From contig CBDASZ010000001.1 in NCBI GenBank assembly GCA_965199755.1, positions 544,001-608,000 of the forward strand: a stretch of DNA of 64,000 nucleotides, given 5' to 3'. Positions 27,667 through 43,278 of this stretch are shown here, piece by piece (position 1 is the stretch's first letter; the number at the start of each line of letters is the position of its first letter). The stretch is from an uncultured candidatus Porisulfidus sp. Its GTDB lineage: Bacteria; Pseudomonadota; Gammaproteobacteria; Poriferisulfidales; Poriferisulfidaceae. Both the position numbers and the translations under genes were made by a program. The notes beneath the pieces are model-generated. The model did not search any database and was not told where the DNA came from. It saw only the letters and a list, made by a program, of their open reading frames with translations.

Positions 27667-28744
27667 TCCCGGCACCCACAGGCGCATCATTCATGTGGAC
27701 ATGGATGCTTTTTTTGCCGCGGTGGAAATGCGCGACAATCCGGCCTTGCGTGGACGCCCGCTGGTGGTCGGCGGCGACCCGGAGCGTCGAGGGACGGTAG
27801 CTACCTGCAATTACGAGGCGCGCAAGTTTGGCATTCACTCGGCGATGGCCAGTCGCACTGCACGCAAGCTGTGTCCGCAAGTACTGTTTCTGAAACCGCG
27901 CTTCGACCGGTACCGCGACGTCTCCGAAGACATTCGCGAGATCTTCGGAAGTTACACCCGCAAGGTGGAACCGCTGTCGCTGGATGAGGCGTATCTGGAT
28001 GTCAGCAGGTGCCGATTGTTTGGTGGCGTGGTGGCGGACATTGCGCGCGATATCAAGCGGCGCATTCTGGAGCGCACCGAATTGACTGCATCCGCGGGCG
28101 TGTCTTACAACAAATTTTTAGCCAAGATTGCCTCAGACATGAACAAGCCGGACGGCCTGACCATCATTCGCCCGCATGAAGCGCTTGATCTGATCCGTAC
28201 GTTGCCGATCGGGAGGTTCTTCGGCATCGGGCCGGTCACCGAGAAGCGTATGCAGGAATTGGGGATCCACACAGGCGCAGACTTGCAGAACTGGTCCTTG
28301 GAGCGCTTGCGACCGTTGTTCGGCAAGCACGCTGAATACTACTATCATGCGGCTCTGGGCATTGACTGGCGCGAGGTCGAGGCGGATCGCCCGCGCAAAT
28401 CTGTAGGCTCCGAGACCACCTTCGTCGAAGATCTAAGGGACATTGAAGAGATGTTGATCGCTTTGCGTCTGCGCGCTCGCGAGGTGGCGCTCAATTTGCA
28501 GGAGCGTCAGCTGACCGGCAAGACCGTCACCGTCAAGGTCAAGTTCAGTGATTTCACTCAGGTGACGCGCAGCCATTCCTTCGCACAGCCGCTGACCTCG
28601 TATCGCCAGATGGCCGAAGTCCTGCCGCAACTGCTACAGCGCGCGATTCCACCGCGCGCCCGCTCAGTCCGTCTGCTGGGCGTTACGGTCTCCAATCTGG
28701 TGGAATCCGAAGAGCACCTTGCCGCGCAGCGCAGCCTGCTTTAG
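27653..28744 (+). CDS. dinB: DNA polymerase IV
   Basis: 'IIHVDMDAFFAAVE', 'YEARKFGIHSAM', 'SLDEAYLD', 'KIASDMNKPDG'. Confidence 0.97.
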   Translation: MPRPDPGTHRRIIHVDMDAFFAAVEMRDNPALRGRPLVVGGDPERRGTVATCNYEARKFGIHSAMASRTARKLCPQVLFLKPRFDRYRDVSEDIREIFGSYTRKVEPLSLDEAYLDVSRCRLFGGVVADIARDIKRRILERTELTASAGVSYNKFLAKIASDMNKPDGLTIIRPHEALDLIRTLPIGRFFGIGPVTEKRMQELGIHTGADLQNWSLERLRPLFGKHAEYYYHAALGIDWREVEADRPRKSVGSETTFVEDLRDIEEMLIALRLRAREVALNLQERQLTGKTVTVKVKFSDFTQVTRSHSFAQPLTSYRQMAEVLPQLLQRAIPPRARSVRLLGVTVSNLVESEEHLAAQRSLL

Positions 28745-28850
28745 AGGGGAGCGCGAGATACGCATGCCTCTGGTGTTACATGAATTTCGTCAATAGAGCC
28801 TGTCTGGTGTGCTAGACTTCACGGCTGACTTTCAGCCCTTTGTCGTTACT

Positions 28851-29801
28851 ATGCTGCCGGATCGAGCCGTCGCGTTTCTTCTGATTCTTCTGATGCTGGT
28901 TACACTGGGTGGCCTGTATGACGTCACGCAGCGTGGCGAATCCGCTCAGCAAGCAGAACAGCCGTTCTCCGAAGGTGTTTTCTGGCGTGTCACCAAGGAC
29001 GGGCAGGTGGTCGGGCATATTTTGGGCACGCTGCACAGCAATGACGAGCGGGTGACGCGCATTCCGGCCAAAGTGCAGGAAATCTTCAAGCAATCGAAAG
29101 GCTATGCCATTGAGGCATTCCCTGGCAGCGAGTTGTGGAATCCCTATCACGGCTTTCAGAGTATTCGCGGGCGCATGATGCTGCCCAAAGGCCAGACGCT
29201 GGCCGAGCTGACAGGCGAGGAAGTGGCGCAAGAAGTCTATGCCATTCTCAAGCGCAATAATGCCGAAGAGGAGTTTGCGCGGCGGATCAAGCCATGGGCG
29301 GCCATTCACAGTCTGACCATTAAGTCAGAACACAGCGGCCCGATTGTGGATCAGAAACTGCTTGACTTGGCAGTGCTGCAGGGCAAGGAGTTGTATCAGG
29401 TCGAAAGTCCTGAAGAGTTGCTGGCGGCGTTTTACGCGATGCCTATGGATTCTCAAGTGTCGCTGCTGAAAGACAAGTTGCGGGCCTACCCGGATTTGCG
29501 CAACACGATGGAGAGCATTGTGCAGGCGTATCAGCGTGAGGACTTGCACGGGATGATGAAACTCTCCACGGCGTTTATTGACAAGGACCCTGACAAGCAT
29601 CAGCACCATGTGGCCTATCTAAAGCACGCGATTGAAGATCGCAGCGTCGTGATGGCGCATTACATGAGCGGGCCATTCGAGATCGGCAATGCGTTTATCG
29701 CGGTAGGTGCGCTGCACCTGTACGGCAAGAAAAGCGTACTGGCGCTGTTGAGCGATCCTTTGTTCGGCGGCTATCAGGTAGAGCGCGTCGTCATTAATTG
29801 A
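28851..29801 (+). CDS. TraB/GumN family protein
   Basis: N-terminal TM/signal, 'FW.V......HILGTLH', 'FIAVGALHL.G..SVL.LL'. Confidence 0.85.
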   Translation: MLPDRAVAFLLILLMLVTLGGLYDVTQRGESAQQAEQPFSEGVFWRVTKDGQVVGHILGTLHSNDERVTRIPAKVQEIFKQSKGYAIEAFPGSELWNPYHGFQSIRGRMMLPKGQTLAELTGEEVAQEVYAILKRNNAEEEFARRIKPWAAIHSLTIKSEHSGPIVDQKLLDLAVLQGKELYQVESPEELLAAFYAMPMDSQVSLLKDKLRAYPDLRNTMESIVQAYQREDLHGMMKLSTAFIDKDPDKHQHHVAYLKHAIEDRSVVMAHYMSGPFEIGNAFIAVGALHLYGKKSVLALLSDPLFGGYQVERVVIN

Positions 29802-29809
29802 CGCCGCAC

Positions 29810-29830
29810 TGAGTGCGGTTCACGCACTCA
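29810..29830. terminator. Hairpin between convergent genes
   Basis: TGAGTGCG-GTTCA-CGCACTCA. Confidence 0.5.
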
Positions 29831-29843
29831 TCACATTCAGTTT

Positions 29844-30536
29844 TTAGCTGCGCCCGTAGACGGGAATCACTGCGCCGTTGACCGAGGTATTGTTCGGGTC
29901 AGCCAGTTGCGCGATGACCACCGCAATGTCATGCGGTGGCACCCAGCGGGAGTGATCGGCATTCGGCATATCGGCGCGATTGCGCGGCGTGTCAATGGTT
30001 CCCGGCAGAATGCAGTTGGCCGTGATACCGGTGTCGGCGCATTCGCACGCCAGCACCTCGGTCATGGTGACGACGGTGGCTTTCGAGGAACAGTAGGGAG
30101 CCATGCGCGCTCCAGGCTTGCGCACGGCGCGCGCGCCGATGTTGATGATGCGGCCAAAGTTTGCTTCGCGCATAAACGGGAGTGCATGACGACAGGCCAG
30201 CCACGCGGTCATGGCATTGATGCGGAACATCTCCAGCCAGTCTTCCATCGTGGTCTCTTCCACACGGCCGCCCATCGCAAAGCCGCCCGCTACATTGGCC
30301 AGAATGTCAATGCGGCCATGCGTCTGGTGGATGCTCTGAAAGGTGTCGCGGACAGCGGAATCTGAGGTGAGGTCGCAAGGATAGGCTGTCGCACCAGAGA
30401 GTTCTTGCAGACGCTCGGCGGCAAGATCAACCGCCGCGACTTGTGCGCTTTGCTCCTGAAAGTGCGCGACACAGGCTTGCCCAAGGACACCAGCAGCGCC
30501 CGTGATGACAGCAACGCGATCCTGAAGAGCAGACAT
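29844..30536 (-). CDS. Short-chain dehydrogenase/reductase
   Basis: 'ITGAAGVLG', 'NVAGG', catalytic 'YCSSK', 'LPGTIDT'. Confidence 0.92.
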   Translation of the reverse strand: MSALQDRVAVITGAAGVLGQACVAHFQEQSAQVAAVDLAAERLQELSGATAYPCDLTSDSAVRDTFQSIHQTHGRIDILANVAGGFAMGGRVEETTMEDWLEMFRINAMTAWLACRHALPFMREANFGRIINIGARAVRKPGARMAPYCSSKATVVTMTEVLACECADTGITANCILPGTIDTPRNRADMPNADHSRWVPPHDIAVVIAQLADPNNTSVNGAVIPVYGRS

Positions 30537-30704
30537 GCCCGGATTATACGCCGTGCACCAGATCGACAGTGTTGAAGGCAAGACGCAGGACACCGTAATG
30601 AGCAGTCAGTGGTTTTCTTACATCAGTTTCGGTTGCGGCAGCCGCAGGCGAGATATATGATGCTCAGCATTCGGCTCAACCATCATTAAGCGAGGGATCC
30701 TCAA

Positions 30705-30951
30705 ATGAGCCTGAGCATCAAGAATGAGTTGACCTGCGACCTGTCCAGAAAACTGGCCGACCTGACAGGTGAGACCATAACCCAGACTATTACTGTGGCC
30801 TTGCAGGAACGCTTGGCTCGTGAACAGAACCTGCGTGACCTAAGCACTCGTGCCAAAGAACTGGTCGAGCTGGGTCGAAGTTGCGCTGCACTGTTGGGGC
30901 CGGGGAGACCATGGAGACCTGCTCTACGTTGGGCGAGGACTCCCCAAATAA
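30705..30951 (+). pseudogene. Frameshifted VapB-type (Rv0623-like) antitoxin with no toxin partner
   Basis: 'MSLSIKN...LA.LTGET.T..I.VAL.ERL'; the family-like tail 'DHGDLLY..RGLPK*' lies in another frame (30907-30951). Confidence 0.7.
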
Positions 30952-31086
30952 CTCGCTTCAATTACTGAGCCTGTGGCCAAAAACAGAGACCCTTTAGTGA
31001 GGGCATTCCCCCGGCTGGTGTAGAATATCCGCCCGGCATGATTTTTTGGGTTTGCCAGCCCTCAAGCCGGGTTTCAGGAGACACAG

Positions 31087-32229
31087 TTGGCTGCTCGCGC
31101 GTTGCTTGCCCTGCAAAATGGCGCATTGTTTTTTGGCAATTCCATAGGCGCGGAAGTATCGGCTGTTGGTGAGGTGGTTTTCAATACCGCCATCACAGGC
31201 TATCAGGAAATTCTCACAGACCCTTCCTATCGGCGTCAGCTGGTCACGCTGACGCATCCGCATATTGGCAATGTGGGTGCCAATCCTGATGACTGTGAAT
31301 CCGCGCGCGTCCATGCGTCGGCTCTGATTGTTCGAGACGCGCCGCGAATCTACAGCAACTGGCGCGGTGAAGGGACGCTGGGCGACTTTCTCAGACAGCA
31401 CAAGGTGCCGGGTATCGCCGGCATTGACACCCGTCGATTGACCCGGATTCTGCGAGATGAAGGCGCGCAGTCCGGCTGTCTGACTCTGGAGACCTCCGAC
31501 CCGGCCGCGGCCATCGCCCAGGCCCGCGCGTTCGAGGGCTTGGCCGGTATGGATCTGGCGCAGGATGTCACCACGGATGCTCAATATGATTGGGAAGAAG
31601 GAGTCTGGGAGCTGGCACCGTCTGAGCAGACATTGCCGCCTCTCGAATATCGCATCGTCGCCTACGACTATGGCGTCAAGAGGAACATCTTGCGTCTGTT
31701 GCGTCAAGCGGGTTGCGGGGTGACAGTGGTGCCGGCGAAGACGTCCGCAGCAGAAGTGCTGGCGCATTCCCCGGACGGAATCTTTCTGTCCAACGGACCT
31801 GGAGACCCAGAGCCTTGCGATTACGCTCAGGAGGCGATTCGGGAGTTTCTGGAGCAGAAGATTCCGCTGTTCGGCATTTGCCTTGGCTGTCAGTTGCTGG
31901 GCTTGGCCAGCGGCGCGCGCACGATCAAGATGAAGACCGGCCACCATGGTGCCAATCACCCGGTGCTGGAAATCAATTCCGGTCGCGTGCTGATCACCAG
32001 CCAGAACCATGGCTTCGCCATAGATGAGGCATCCTTGCCTGCCCATCTGACTCTGACCCATCGCTCCTTGTTTGACGGCACCGTGCAGGGCATCCGCCAC
32101 ATAGAGGCACCGGCGTTTGCGTTTCAAGGACACCCGGAAGCGAGTCCCGGACCGCATGACATCTCCGGCCTGTTCGCCGAATTTGTGGCGCTGATGCAGG
32201 CACATCGAACGCACGCGGGTACATCCTGA
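31087..32229 (+). CDS. carA: Carbamoyl-phosphate synthase small subunit
   Basis: 'GEVVFNT..TGYQE.LTDPSY', 'LSNGPGDP', 'GICLG', '[12 protein letters not shown]'. Confidence 0.97.
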   Translation: MAARALLALQNGALFFGNSIGAEVSAVGEVVFNTAITGYQEILTDPSYRRQLVTLTHPHIGNVGANPDDCESARVHASALIVRDAPRIYSNWRGEGTLGDFLRQHKVPGIAGIDTRRLTRILRDEGAQSGCLTLETSDPAAAIAQARAFEGLAGMDLAQDVTTDAQYDWEEGVWELAPSEQTLPPLEYRIVAYDYGVKRNILRLLRQAGCGVTVVPAKTSAAEVLAHSPDGIFLSNGPGDPEPCDYAQEAIREFLEQKIPLFGICLGCQLLGLASGARTIKMKTGHHGANHPVLEINSGRVLITSQNHGFAIDEASLPAHLTLTHRSLFDGTVQGIRHIEAPAFAFQGHPEASPGPHDISGLFAEFVALMQAHRTHAGTS

Positions 32230-35200
32230 TGCCGAAGCGCCCCGACATTGAAAGCATTCTGGTGATCGGAGCCGGGCCGATCGTCATCGGTCAGGCGTGC
32301 GAGTTTGATTATTCCGGCGCGCAGGCGTGCAAGGCACTGCGCGAGGAAGGGTATCGGGTCATTCTGGTCAACTCCAATCCGGCGACGATCATGACGGACC
32401 CGCAGATGGCGCACGCTATCTACATTGAGCCGGTCGAGTGGAAGACGCTCTCGCGGGTGATTGAGAAGGAGCAACCCGATGCTTTGCTGCCGACCATGGG
32501 TGGGCAGACGGCGCTGAATTGCGCGCTTGATCTGGATCGCGAGGGAGTGCTTGAGCAGCACGGGGTGCAGATGATTGGCGCGTCGCTGGATGCTATTGCC
32601 AGGGCCGAGGATCGTCAGTTGTTTTGCGCCGCGATGGCGGAGATCGGGTTAGAGCAGGCGCGCTCGAAGGTGGTGCGCGATCTGGATGAGGCGACCGCGT
32701 TTCAGCCGGAAATCGGCTACCCGGTCATTGTGCGACCGTCCTACACTTTGGGCGGCACCGGCGGCGGCATCGCTCACTCAGAGTCCGAGTTGCGCGAGAT
32801 CGTGGCGTACGGGCTGGAGGCCTCACCAGCCGGAGAAGTCTTGCTTGAGGAGTCCTTGCTCGGCTGGAAGGAATTTGAGATGGAGGTGGTGCGGGATGCG
32901 CGGGACAACTGCATCATTGTCTGTTCGATTGAGAACTTTGACCCGATGGGCGTACATACCGGAGATTCGATCACCGTCGCACCGGCGCAGACGCTGACTG
33001 ACAAGGAGTATCAGTTGATGCGCGATGCCTCCATCGCCGTGTTGCGCAAGATCGGCGTGGACACCGGTGGCTCCAACGTGCAGTTCGCGGTTCACCCGGA
33101 GAACGGGCGTCTGGTGATCATTGAGATGAACCCGCGGGTGTCGCGTTCCTCTGCACTGGCATCCAAGGCAACCGGCTTCCCAATCGCCAAGGTCGCGGCG
33201 CGTCTGGCGGTGGGCTATACCCTGGACGAATTGCGCAACGACATCACCGATGGCGTCACGCCGTGTTCCTTCGAGCCGACTTTGGACTACATTGTCACCA
33301 AGGTGCCGCGGTTCACCTTTGAGAAGTTCCCGCAGGCGGAACCGGTATTGAGTACCCAGATGAAATCGGTCGGCGAGGCGATGGCGATCGGACGCACGTT
33401 CCAGGAGTCGCTGCAAAAAGCCCTGCGCAGTCTGGAGACGGGGCGGTGTGGTTTGGACACGCTGGGCTCGGCGTCTCGGGAAGTGCGGGAGCGCCAGTTG
33501 GCGCGGCCGGGACCGCATCGGATCTGGCATTTGGCGGATGCCTTGCGGGAGGGCTGGAGCATTGAGGAAGTCTGCACGACCTCCGCGGTGGATCCGTGGT
33601 TTGTGGAGCAGATTGCGGAATTAATCGAATTTGAGCGTGATCTCAAAGAGTGTGCGCTGGATGACCTGGATGTGGATCGCCTTCGCGAACTCAAGCGCGC
33701 GGGATTTTCGGATCAGCAGCTGGCACAGTTGCTGGATTGTTCGGAGGAAGCGGTTCGCGCGTGGCGCACCGAGTGGGCGCTGCACCCGGTCTACAAGCGT
33801 GTGGATACCTGCGCGGCCGAGTTCCCGACCTCCACCGCGTACATGTATTCAAGTTACGAGGAAGAATGCGAGTCGCGCCCGACTGAGGCGCGCAAGATTG
33901 TGGTGCTGGGCGGCGGCCCGAACCGAATCGGGCAGGGCATTGAGTTTGATTATTGCTGCGTCCATGCGGCATGGGCCGCGCGCGAGATGGGTTTCGAGAC
34001 ACTGATGGTGAACTGCAACCCTGAGACGGTGTCGACTGATTACGACACCTCGGATCGCCTGTACTTCGAGCCGCTGGTACTGGAGGATGTACTGGAGCTG
34101 CTGCGCGTGGAGAAACCGTTTGGGGTCATTGTGCAGTTCGGTGGCCAGACACCGCTCAAACTTGCGCAGGGATTGGCGCAGGCGGGCATTCCGATTCTGG
34201 GCACGTCGCCGGATGCCATTGACGCTTCCGAGGATCGGGAGCGCTTCACCCAGGTGCTGGAGGATTTGGGCTTGCGTCAGCCTCCTGGCGGAACCGCGCG
34301 GACCGGCGAGGAAGCGCTGGAGCTGGCGCGCACGCTTGGCTACCCGCTGGTGGTGCGTCCCTCATATGTATTGGGCGGACGGGCTATGGAAGTGGTCTTT
34401 GATGAGGCGGAGTTGCACCACTACATTGCGGAAGCCGTGCAGGTCTCTGACAAGACGCCGGTGTTGCTGGACCGATTTTTGGAGAACGCGATTGAAGTGG
34501 ATGTGGATGTGGTGTGTGATGGCACGGATGTATTGATTGGCGGCATCATGCAGCATATCGAGCAGGCGGGCATTCATTCAGGGGATTCCGCTTGCTCTTT
34601 GCCCGCCTACTCAATTGATGAAGTGGTCAAGGATGGTTTGCGCGAGCAGTCGCGGCAGTTGGCGCTGGCATTGAATGTTGTGGGATTGATGAACGTGCAA
34701 TTCGCGGTGTCCGAAGGGGAGATTTATGTGATTGAAGCCAACCCCAGAGCGTCGCGCACCGTCCCGTTTGTTTCCAAAGCGATCGGGAAATCGCTGGCGC
34801 GCATCGCGGTCGCGTGCATGCTCGGCAGCAGCTTGCGCGAGCAGGGTTGCGTGGAGGAGTCGGTGCTGGACTACTATGCGGTCAAGGAGGCCGTGTTCCC
34901 GTTCATCAAGTTCTCCGGGGTTGACACGATTCTGGGACCGGAAATGAAATCAACCGGAGAGGTTATGGGTGTCGGGCGGCAGTTCGAGGAAGCCTTTGCC
35001 AAATCGCAGTTGGCGGCAGGTGTGCATGTTCCGAGTGGGGGCTGCGCCTTAATCAGTGTGCGGGATTCTGACAAGCCGGGCACGGTGCCGATTGCGAAGG
35101 GATTGCTTGATGCCGGATTTACGCTGACGGCGACGCATGGGACGGCTGAGTATCTAAGCAGTCAGGGGGTGCCTTGTGAGGGTGTCAACAAAGTCGCGCA

Positions 35201-35438
35201 GGGTTCGCCTCATGTGGTGGACAAAATTCGCGAAGGAGCGGTAGATCTGATGATCAACACAACCCAAAACAAGCAGGCGATTCGCGATTCCGTGGAGATC
35301 CGGCGCGAAGCGCTGCAGCATCAGATTTGCTACACGACCACGCTGACCGGGGCGGCGGCGTTGCTTCTCATGTTAAAATCCGGCGAACCGGAGACGGTCT
35401 ACCAACTTCAGGAACTGCACGCCGAAAGCGTTCATTAG
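32229..35438 (+). CDS. carB: Carbamoyl-phosphate synthase large subunit
   Basis: 'MPKR.DI', '[11 protein letters not shown]', '[19 protein letters not shown]', '[13 protein letters not shown]'. Confidence 0.99.
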   Translation: MPKRPDIESILVIGAGPIVIGQACEFDYSGAQACKALREEGYRVILVNSNPATIMTDPQMAHAIYIEPVEWKTLSRVIEKEQPDALLPTMGGQTALNCALDLDREGVLEQHGVQMIGASLDAIARAEDRQLFCAAMAEIGLEQARSKVVRDLDEATAFQPEIGYPVIVRPSYTLGGTGGGIAHSESELREIVAYGLEASPAGEVLLEESLLGWKEFEMEVVRDARDNCIIVCSIENFDPMGVHTGDSITVAPAQTLTDKEYQLMRDASIAVLRKIGVDTGGSNVQFAVHPENGRLVIIEMNPRVSRSSALASKATGFPIAKVAARLAVGYTLDELRNDITDGVTPCSFEPTLDYIVTKVPRFTFEKFPQAEPVLSTQMKSVGEAMAIGRTFQESLQKALRSLETGRCGLDTLGSASREVRERQLARPGPHRIWHLADALREGWSIEEVCTTSAVDPWFVEQIAELIEFERDLKECALDDLDVDRLRELKRAGFSDQQLAQLLDCSEEAVRAWRTEWALHPVYKRVDTCAAEFPTSTAYMYSSYEEECESRPTEARKIVVLGGGPNRIGQGIEFDYCCVHAAWAAREMGFETLMVNCNPETVSTDYDTSDRLYFEPLVLEDVLELLRVEKPFGVIVQFGGQTPLKLAQGLAQAGIPILGTSPDAIDASEDRERFTQVLEDLGLRQPPGGTARTGEEALELARTLGYPLVVRPSYVLGGRAMEVVFDEAELHHYIAEAVQVSDKTPVLLDRFLENAIEVDVDVVCDGTDVLIGGIMQHIEQAGIHSGDSACSLPAYSIDEVVKDGLREQSRQLALALNVVGLMNVQFAVSEGEIYVIEANPRASRTVPFVSKAIGKSLARIAVACMLGSSLREQGCVEESVLDYYAVKEAVFPFIKFSGVDTILGPEMKSTGEVMGVGRQFEEAFAKSQLAAGVHVPSGGCALISVRDSDKPGTVPIAKGLLDAGFTLTATHGTAEYLSSQGVPCEGVNKVAQGSPHVVDKIREGAVDLMINTTQNKQAIRDSVEIRREALQHQICYTTTLTGAAALLLMLKSGEPETVYQLQELHAESVH

Positions 35439-35475
35439 GCGTAGGTTTTTATTTTTTGACGCAAAGAGGCACTGA

Positions 35476-35952
35476 ATGAGCAGGGTACCTATGACCCCTC
35501 GCGGCGCACAAATGTTGCGCGAGGAACTCGAAGAACTCAAGAGCACGAAGCGTCCCGCCGTGATCAAGGCGATCGCCGAAGCGCGCGCGCACGGTGACTT
35601 GCGTGAGAACTTTGAGTACAAGGCTGCGCGCGACCAGCAAGGCTTTGTGGAAGGGCGCATCAAGGAGATTGAGGCCAAGTTGTCGCAGGCGGAAGTGGTT
35701 GATGTCACCACAGTAGAGGCCAACGGCACAGTGGTATTTGGCGCGACCGTGGATGTCATGGACATGGAGTCTGGTGAGTCGCAGAGCTACCGGATAGTGG
35801 GAGAGGATGAGGCCGATATAGACGCGGATGAGATTTCAGTGTTCACGCCGATCGCGCGGGCGTTTATCGGCAAGATATCCGGGGAGGAGGTGGAGGTCGA
35901 GGTGCCCGGAGGCAAACGGATGTTTGAGATTGTCGACGTGCGCTACGAGTAA
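35476..35952 (+). CDS. greA: Transcription elongation factor GreA
   Basis: '[13 protein letters not shown]', 'VFGATV', 'IVGEDEADI'; follows carB. Confidence 0.97.
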   Translation: MSRVPMTPRGAQMLREELEELKSTKRPAVIKAIAEARAHGDLRENFEYKAARDQQGFVEGRIKEIEAKLSQAEVVDVTTVEANGTVVFGATVDVMDMESGESQSYRIVGEDEADIDADEISVFTPIARAFIGKISGEEVEVEVPGGKRMFEIVDVRYE

Positions 35953-35954
35953 CA

Positions 35955-35988
35955 CAGACAGGCGGCAGAAGCGAATGCCGCCTGTTTG
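35955..35988. terminator. Terminator-like hairpin after greA
   Basis: CAGACAGGCGGCA / TGCCGCCTGTTTG stem. Confidence 0.65.
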
Positions 35989-36008
35989 CAAGTATGAATA
36001 CTGACTTT

Positions 36009-37934
36009 TTAATTAGATTCTGGGTCAGTACTTGAGTGGTCGGTCCCATCCTTTTGCTGCTGGCTATTCTCACCCCCTAAAGTTTGTGTTAATTTTTGGT
36101 GCATGAGATCCCTCCTGGCAGTAAAAAAGCCGGGAATTTTATCAACGCTTTCCTTCCCTGGAATTTCGCTGGTTTCTGGCCAAGATGGCCATAGATTAGT
36201 AACGGTTGAGCACGTCAGGATTTTATTGGGGTCGTTCCGTTGTTGCTCGGCTTGAATCCAGTCGAGAGGAAATTTTCCCTGCTTTGATGTGTTGACATCA
36301 ATGGGTAGCAATTGTAGGTTCACGAGAGTTCCCCCCAAGTCCACACATTCCTCTGCTTCGCTCGCAGAGAGTCCTTGCTCTTCCAAAGCATCCTGTTTTA
36401 GGACTACTGTTGGAACAATGTGGTCAATCTGAGTTTGTTCGCGCATGGGCATGATGTGCTCCAACACTAAAGCTGTTTCTGTATCGGAATAACCTTTTGC
36501 CAGAAGGTAGTCATAATCTTCATCTACAAAGTCGATAGGACTATTTTGCTCTCCCATAAAGCCCTTCAGGAATTCAAGAGGGAATTTCTTGCCTGATTTA
36601 TATTTCGTCTCATTGCTCACAAGTTCTTCCTGCATATATTTCTTCATATTGGTTACTTCGGTATGCTTAAATCCGTCCCAAACCCGTGGTTTCAAGTTTG
36701 ATAATAAAAGCCATTTACTGATCTGCTCCTTAGCTCTTTTCTTCAGATTGCTTGCAGACAGATCATATGTCATGAGAAACAGGGCGATAGGAAGAAGGCT
36801 GTTATGACTGGCTAATGCTTTTTCAAAGCCGCGGAGGCCACTGAGGATGATGGCTGTCTCAATAAGGCATTTGTGAATCTTTTCCCAATTTTCCTGAAGT
36901 AGTAACATATTGGCGTGGGTGAAGTAGTCGGTTTTGAGTTTCACTTCGAGGTTTCCACATACGAATAATGCGGCTCTCATTACGAAATCTTTGCTAAATT
37001 TGACGTTTGGGCAAGCCCTCTCTAATTCTCCCACCAGTTGGTTTACTGCTTCTCGAGCTGATTTTGCTCCACTAGGGCTTTCACGGTCCCAGTGGACGGT
37101 GGCAATTGAAAGCAGTAAGTCAGTCTTGGAAAGCTTTTGCCCCTGATCATTTAGGCGAACAAATATTTGAAGTGCTGTCTCTATGCTTTCCTCGTCAACA
37201 ATGTAGTGGAAAATTTTTGACTCAGTTCGGATGACTTTCAGTAATTTATGTGCAATTTTTTTAGCTCTGTTTTCTGCATTCCTGCGCTCACTATCACTAC
37301 GCCACTCTTTTTCGTGAACTTTCTCTACTATCCATTCGTCGATCTTAAGCCATTGTTCTGAATCGTCTTCTCCCTCTGATACCATACGAACCGGGAACCA
37401 AAGGGTCTCATTTTTATTGCGAGCAGTAGTGATCTGTCTTTTAGATAGAAACTTAAACTCATACTTCAATGAGTCATCTTCTTCCTCCTCGGAGGCTTCA
37501 TTTGAGAGATTGAGGTGAAGGTGTTTGGGCTGCCCTCTAGTTAGCCCAACACCTCCTTTGTTTCTTCTCGGATTAGTGTAGTAGGTACCTCTTAATCCCA
37601 AGTAGAGGGCAGTTAATCGCTGCTGCCCATCCAGCACAGCAGTGAGGTTCTTGCCCCTTCCCCAATTTTTTGGAGCCTGTTTGCAGAGGTGCTGATCTTT
37701 ATATCGATCATAGCATTTGAGAAAGTAGTACAGATCAAGTTTTTTGGAGCGATCAGGAGGAAGTTCCCAAAATTGAAAGGTGGATATGGGGTATCCTCTC
37801 ATCAAACTATCGAACAAGAAACAGATTTGTGTTTCCTTCCAGATAAACTCTCTTTGAATAGAAGGCAAAATATACCGGTCGTGCTCGATGTTCTTGATGG
37901 CATCGTGAATCTTGACTTCATGCAAATTACTCAT
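36009..37934 (-). CDS. GmrSD-like DUF262 + C-terminal HNH (DUF1524) protein, putative modification-dependent restriction enzyme
   Basis: 'LPSIQREFIW', 'DSLMRGYPI', 'LDGQQRLT', 'IFVRLN'; C-terminal 'IDHIVP...NLQLL...N.SK'; visibly AT-richer than the flanks. Confidence 0.85.
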   Translation of the reverse strand: MSNLHEVKIHDAIKNIEHDRYILPSIQREFIWKETQICFLFDSLMRGYPISTFQFWELPPDRSKKLDLYYFLKCYDRYKDQHLCKQAPKNWGRGKNLTAVLDGQQRLTALYLGLRGTYYTNPRRNKGGVGLTRGQPKHLHLNLSNEASEEEEDDSLKYEFKFLSKRQITTARNKNETLWFPVRMVSEGEDDSEQWLKIDEWIVEKVHEKEWRSDSERRNAENRAKKIAHKLLKVIRTESKIFHYIVDEESIETALQIFVRLNDQGQKLSKTDLLLSIATVHWDRESPSGAKSAREAVNQLVGELERACPNVKFSKDFVMRAALFVCGNLEVKLKTDYFTHANMLLLQENWEKIHKCLIETAIILSGLRGFEKALASHNSLLPIALFLMTYDLSASNLKKRAKEQISKWLLLSNLKPRVWDGFKHTEVTNMKKYMQEELVSNETKYKSGKKFPLEFLKGFMGEQNSPIDFVDEDYDYLLAKGYSDTETALVLEHIMPMREQTQIDHIVPTVVLKQDALEEQGLSASEAEECVDLGGTLVNLQLLPIDVNTSKQGKFPLDWIQAEQQRNDPNKILTCSTVTNLWPSWPETSEIPGKESVDKIPGFFTARRDLMHQKLTQTLGGENSQQQKDGTDHSSTDPESN

Positions 37935-38027
37935 AGCAGTGGATATTCTCCTTTGTCTGGTCTTGGCTAGGAGGTAACTATATCAGAAAAGACTAGACTG
38001 AGCGGAACAGTTCAGGTCTCATTCCTG

Positions 38028-38036
38028 TGCTACAAT
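38028..38036 (+). promoter_or_regulatory. Probable rrn promoter, extended -10
   Basis: TGCTACAAT followed by GC-rich discriminator-like sequence about 200 nt before the 16S gene. Confidence 0.5.
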
Positions 38037-38240
38037 AGCCCTTCCGCTCCGCGTCGTTCGGGGCGAAGATTTTTGACATTTCGGTTTTCAAGACAAAACT
38101 TGTGTGGGCGTTTGTCAGGTCGCGTGTTCAACGCAAAAAACCTGGCAGAATGCCTGCGCCTGAGAATAACTTTAGTTGTTCACGGGCCAGACTACTCTGC
38201 ACACTTGGACTATGCAGGTCTTCGGACCTGCGAACAGTCT

Positions 38241-39775
<1,535 letters not shown>

Positions 39776-39870
39776 AAAGAGCAAGAGCACAACCCGGCGA
39801 ACGCCCACACAAGTTTTGTTTTGAGACCATTTGCGGACCTGGCTTGGACAGCACGTCCGGGCAGATGTGC

Positions 39871-39947
<77 letters not shown>

Positions 39948-39964
39948 CCAGCCGGGCAAAGTTC

Positions 39965-40040
39965 GGGGCCATAGCTCAGATGGGAGAGCGCCTGCTTTGC
40001 ACGCAGGAGGTCGGGAGTTCGATCCTCCCTGGCTCCACCA
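39965..40040 (+). tRNA. tRNA-Ala (TGC)
   Basis: GGGGCCA acceptor, anticodon loop TTTGCAC, encoded CCA. Confidence 0.98.
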
Positions 40041-40173
40041 CCCGCGAACCGCAGCACAGAATTTTTCGCGCGGCCCTGCCGCCGCGTGGTTTTTTTACAA
40101 TTTGATGATTTACATGTACTTCAATCAAGTCGATCGTTATGATTGGCGACTTCAGATTCGTCTGAAGTTGCAT

Positions 40174-43052
<2,879 letters not shown>

Positions 43053-43104
43053 GCAACTTCAGACCGATCGCCGGATTGACGGCATGTAAATCATCATTTT
43101 TTTC

Positions 43105-43221
43105 GCCTGGCGACCATAGAGAACTGGAACCACTCGATCCATTCCGAACTCGACCGTGAAACGGTTCATCGCCGATGATAGTGTGGGGTTCTCCCCATGT
43201 GAAAGTAGGACATCGCCAGGC
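43105..43221 (+). rRNA. rrf: 5S rRNA
   Basis: GCCTGGCG ... CGCCAGGC terminal helix, CCGAACTC, GATGATAGTGTGGGG. Confidence 0.97.
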
Positions 43222-43230
43222 ATTTTCTTC

Positions 43231-43260
43231 CGGCCCTGTGCACAAGCGCAGGGCCGTTTT
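43231..43260 (+). terminator. rrn operon terminator
   Basis: CGGCCCTGTGC-ACAA-GCGCAGGGCCG-TTTT. Confidence 0.85.
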
Positions 43261-43278
43261 GCTTTAATGACGCTCATC

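Noticed and set aside
30994-32214. Long antisense ORFs (e.g. 406 aa opposite carA, 365 aa at 24598-25695, 392 aa at 51829-53007)
   Set aside because: Shadow frames of GC-rich genes with no recognisable motifs or start signals
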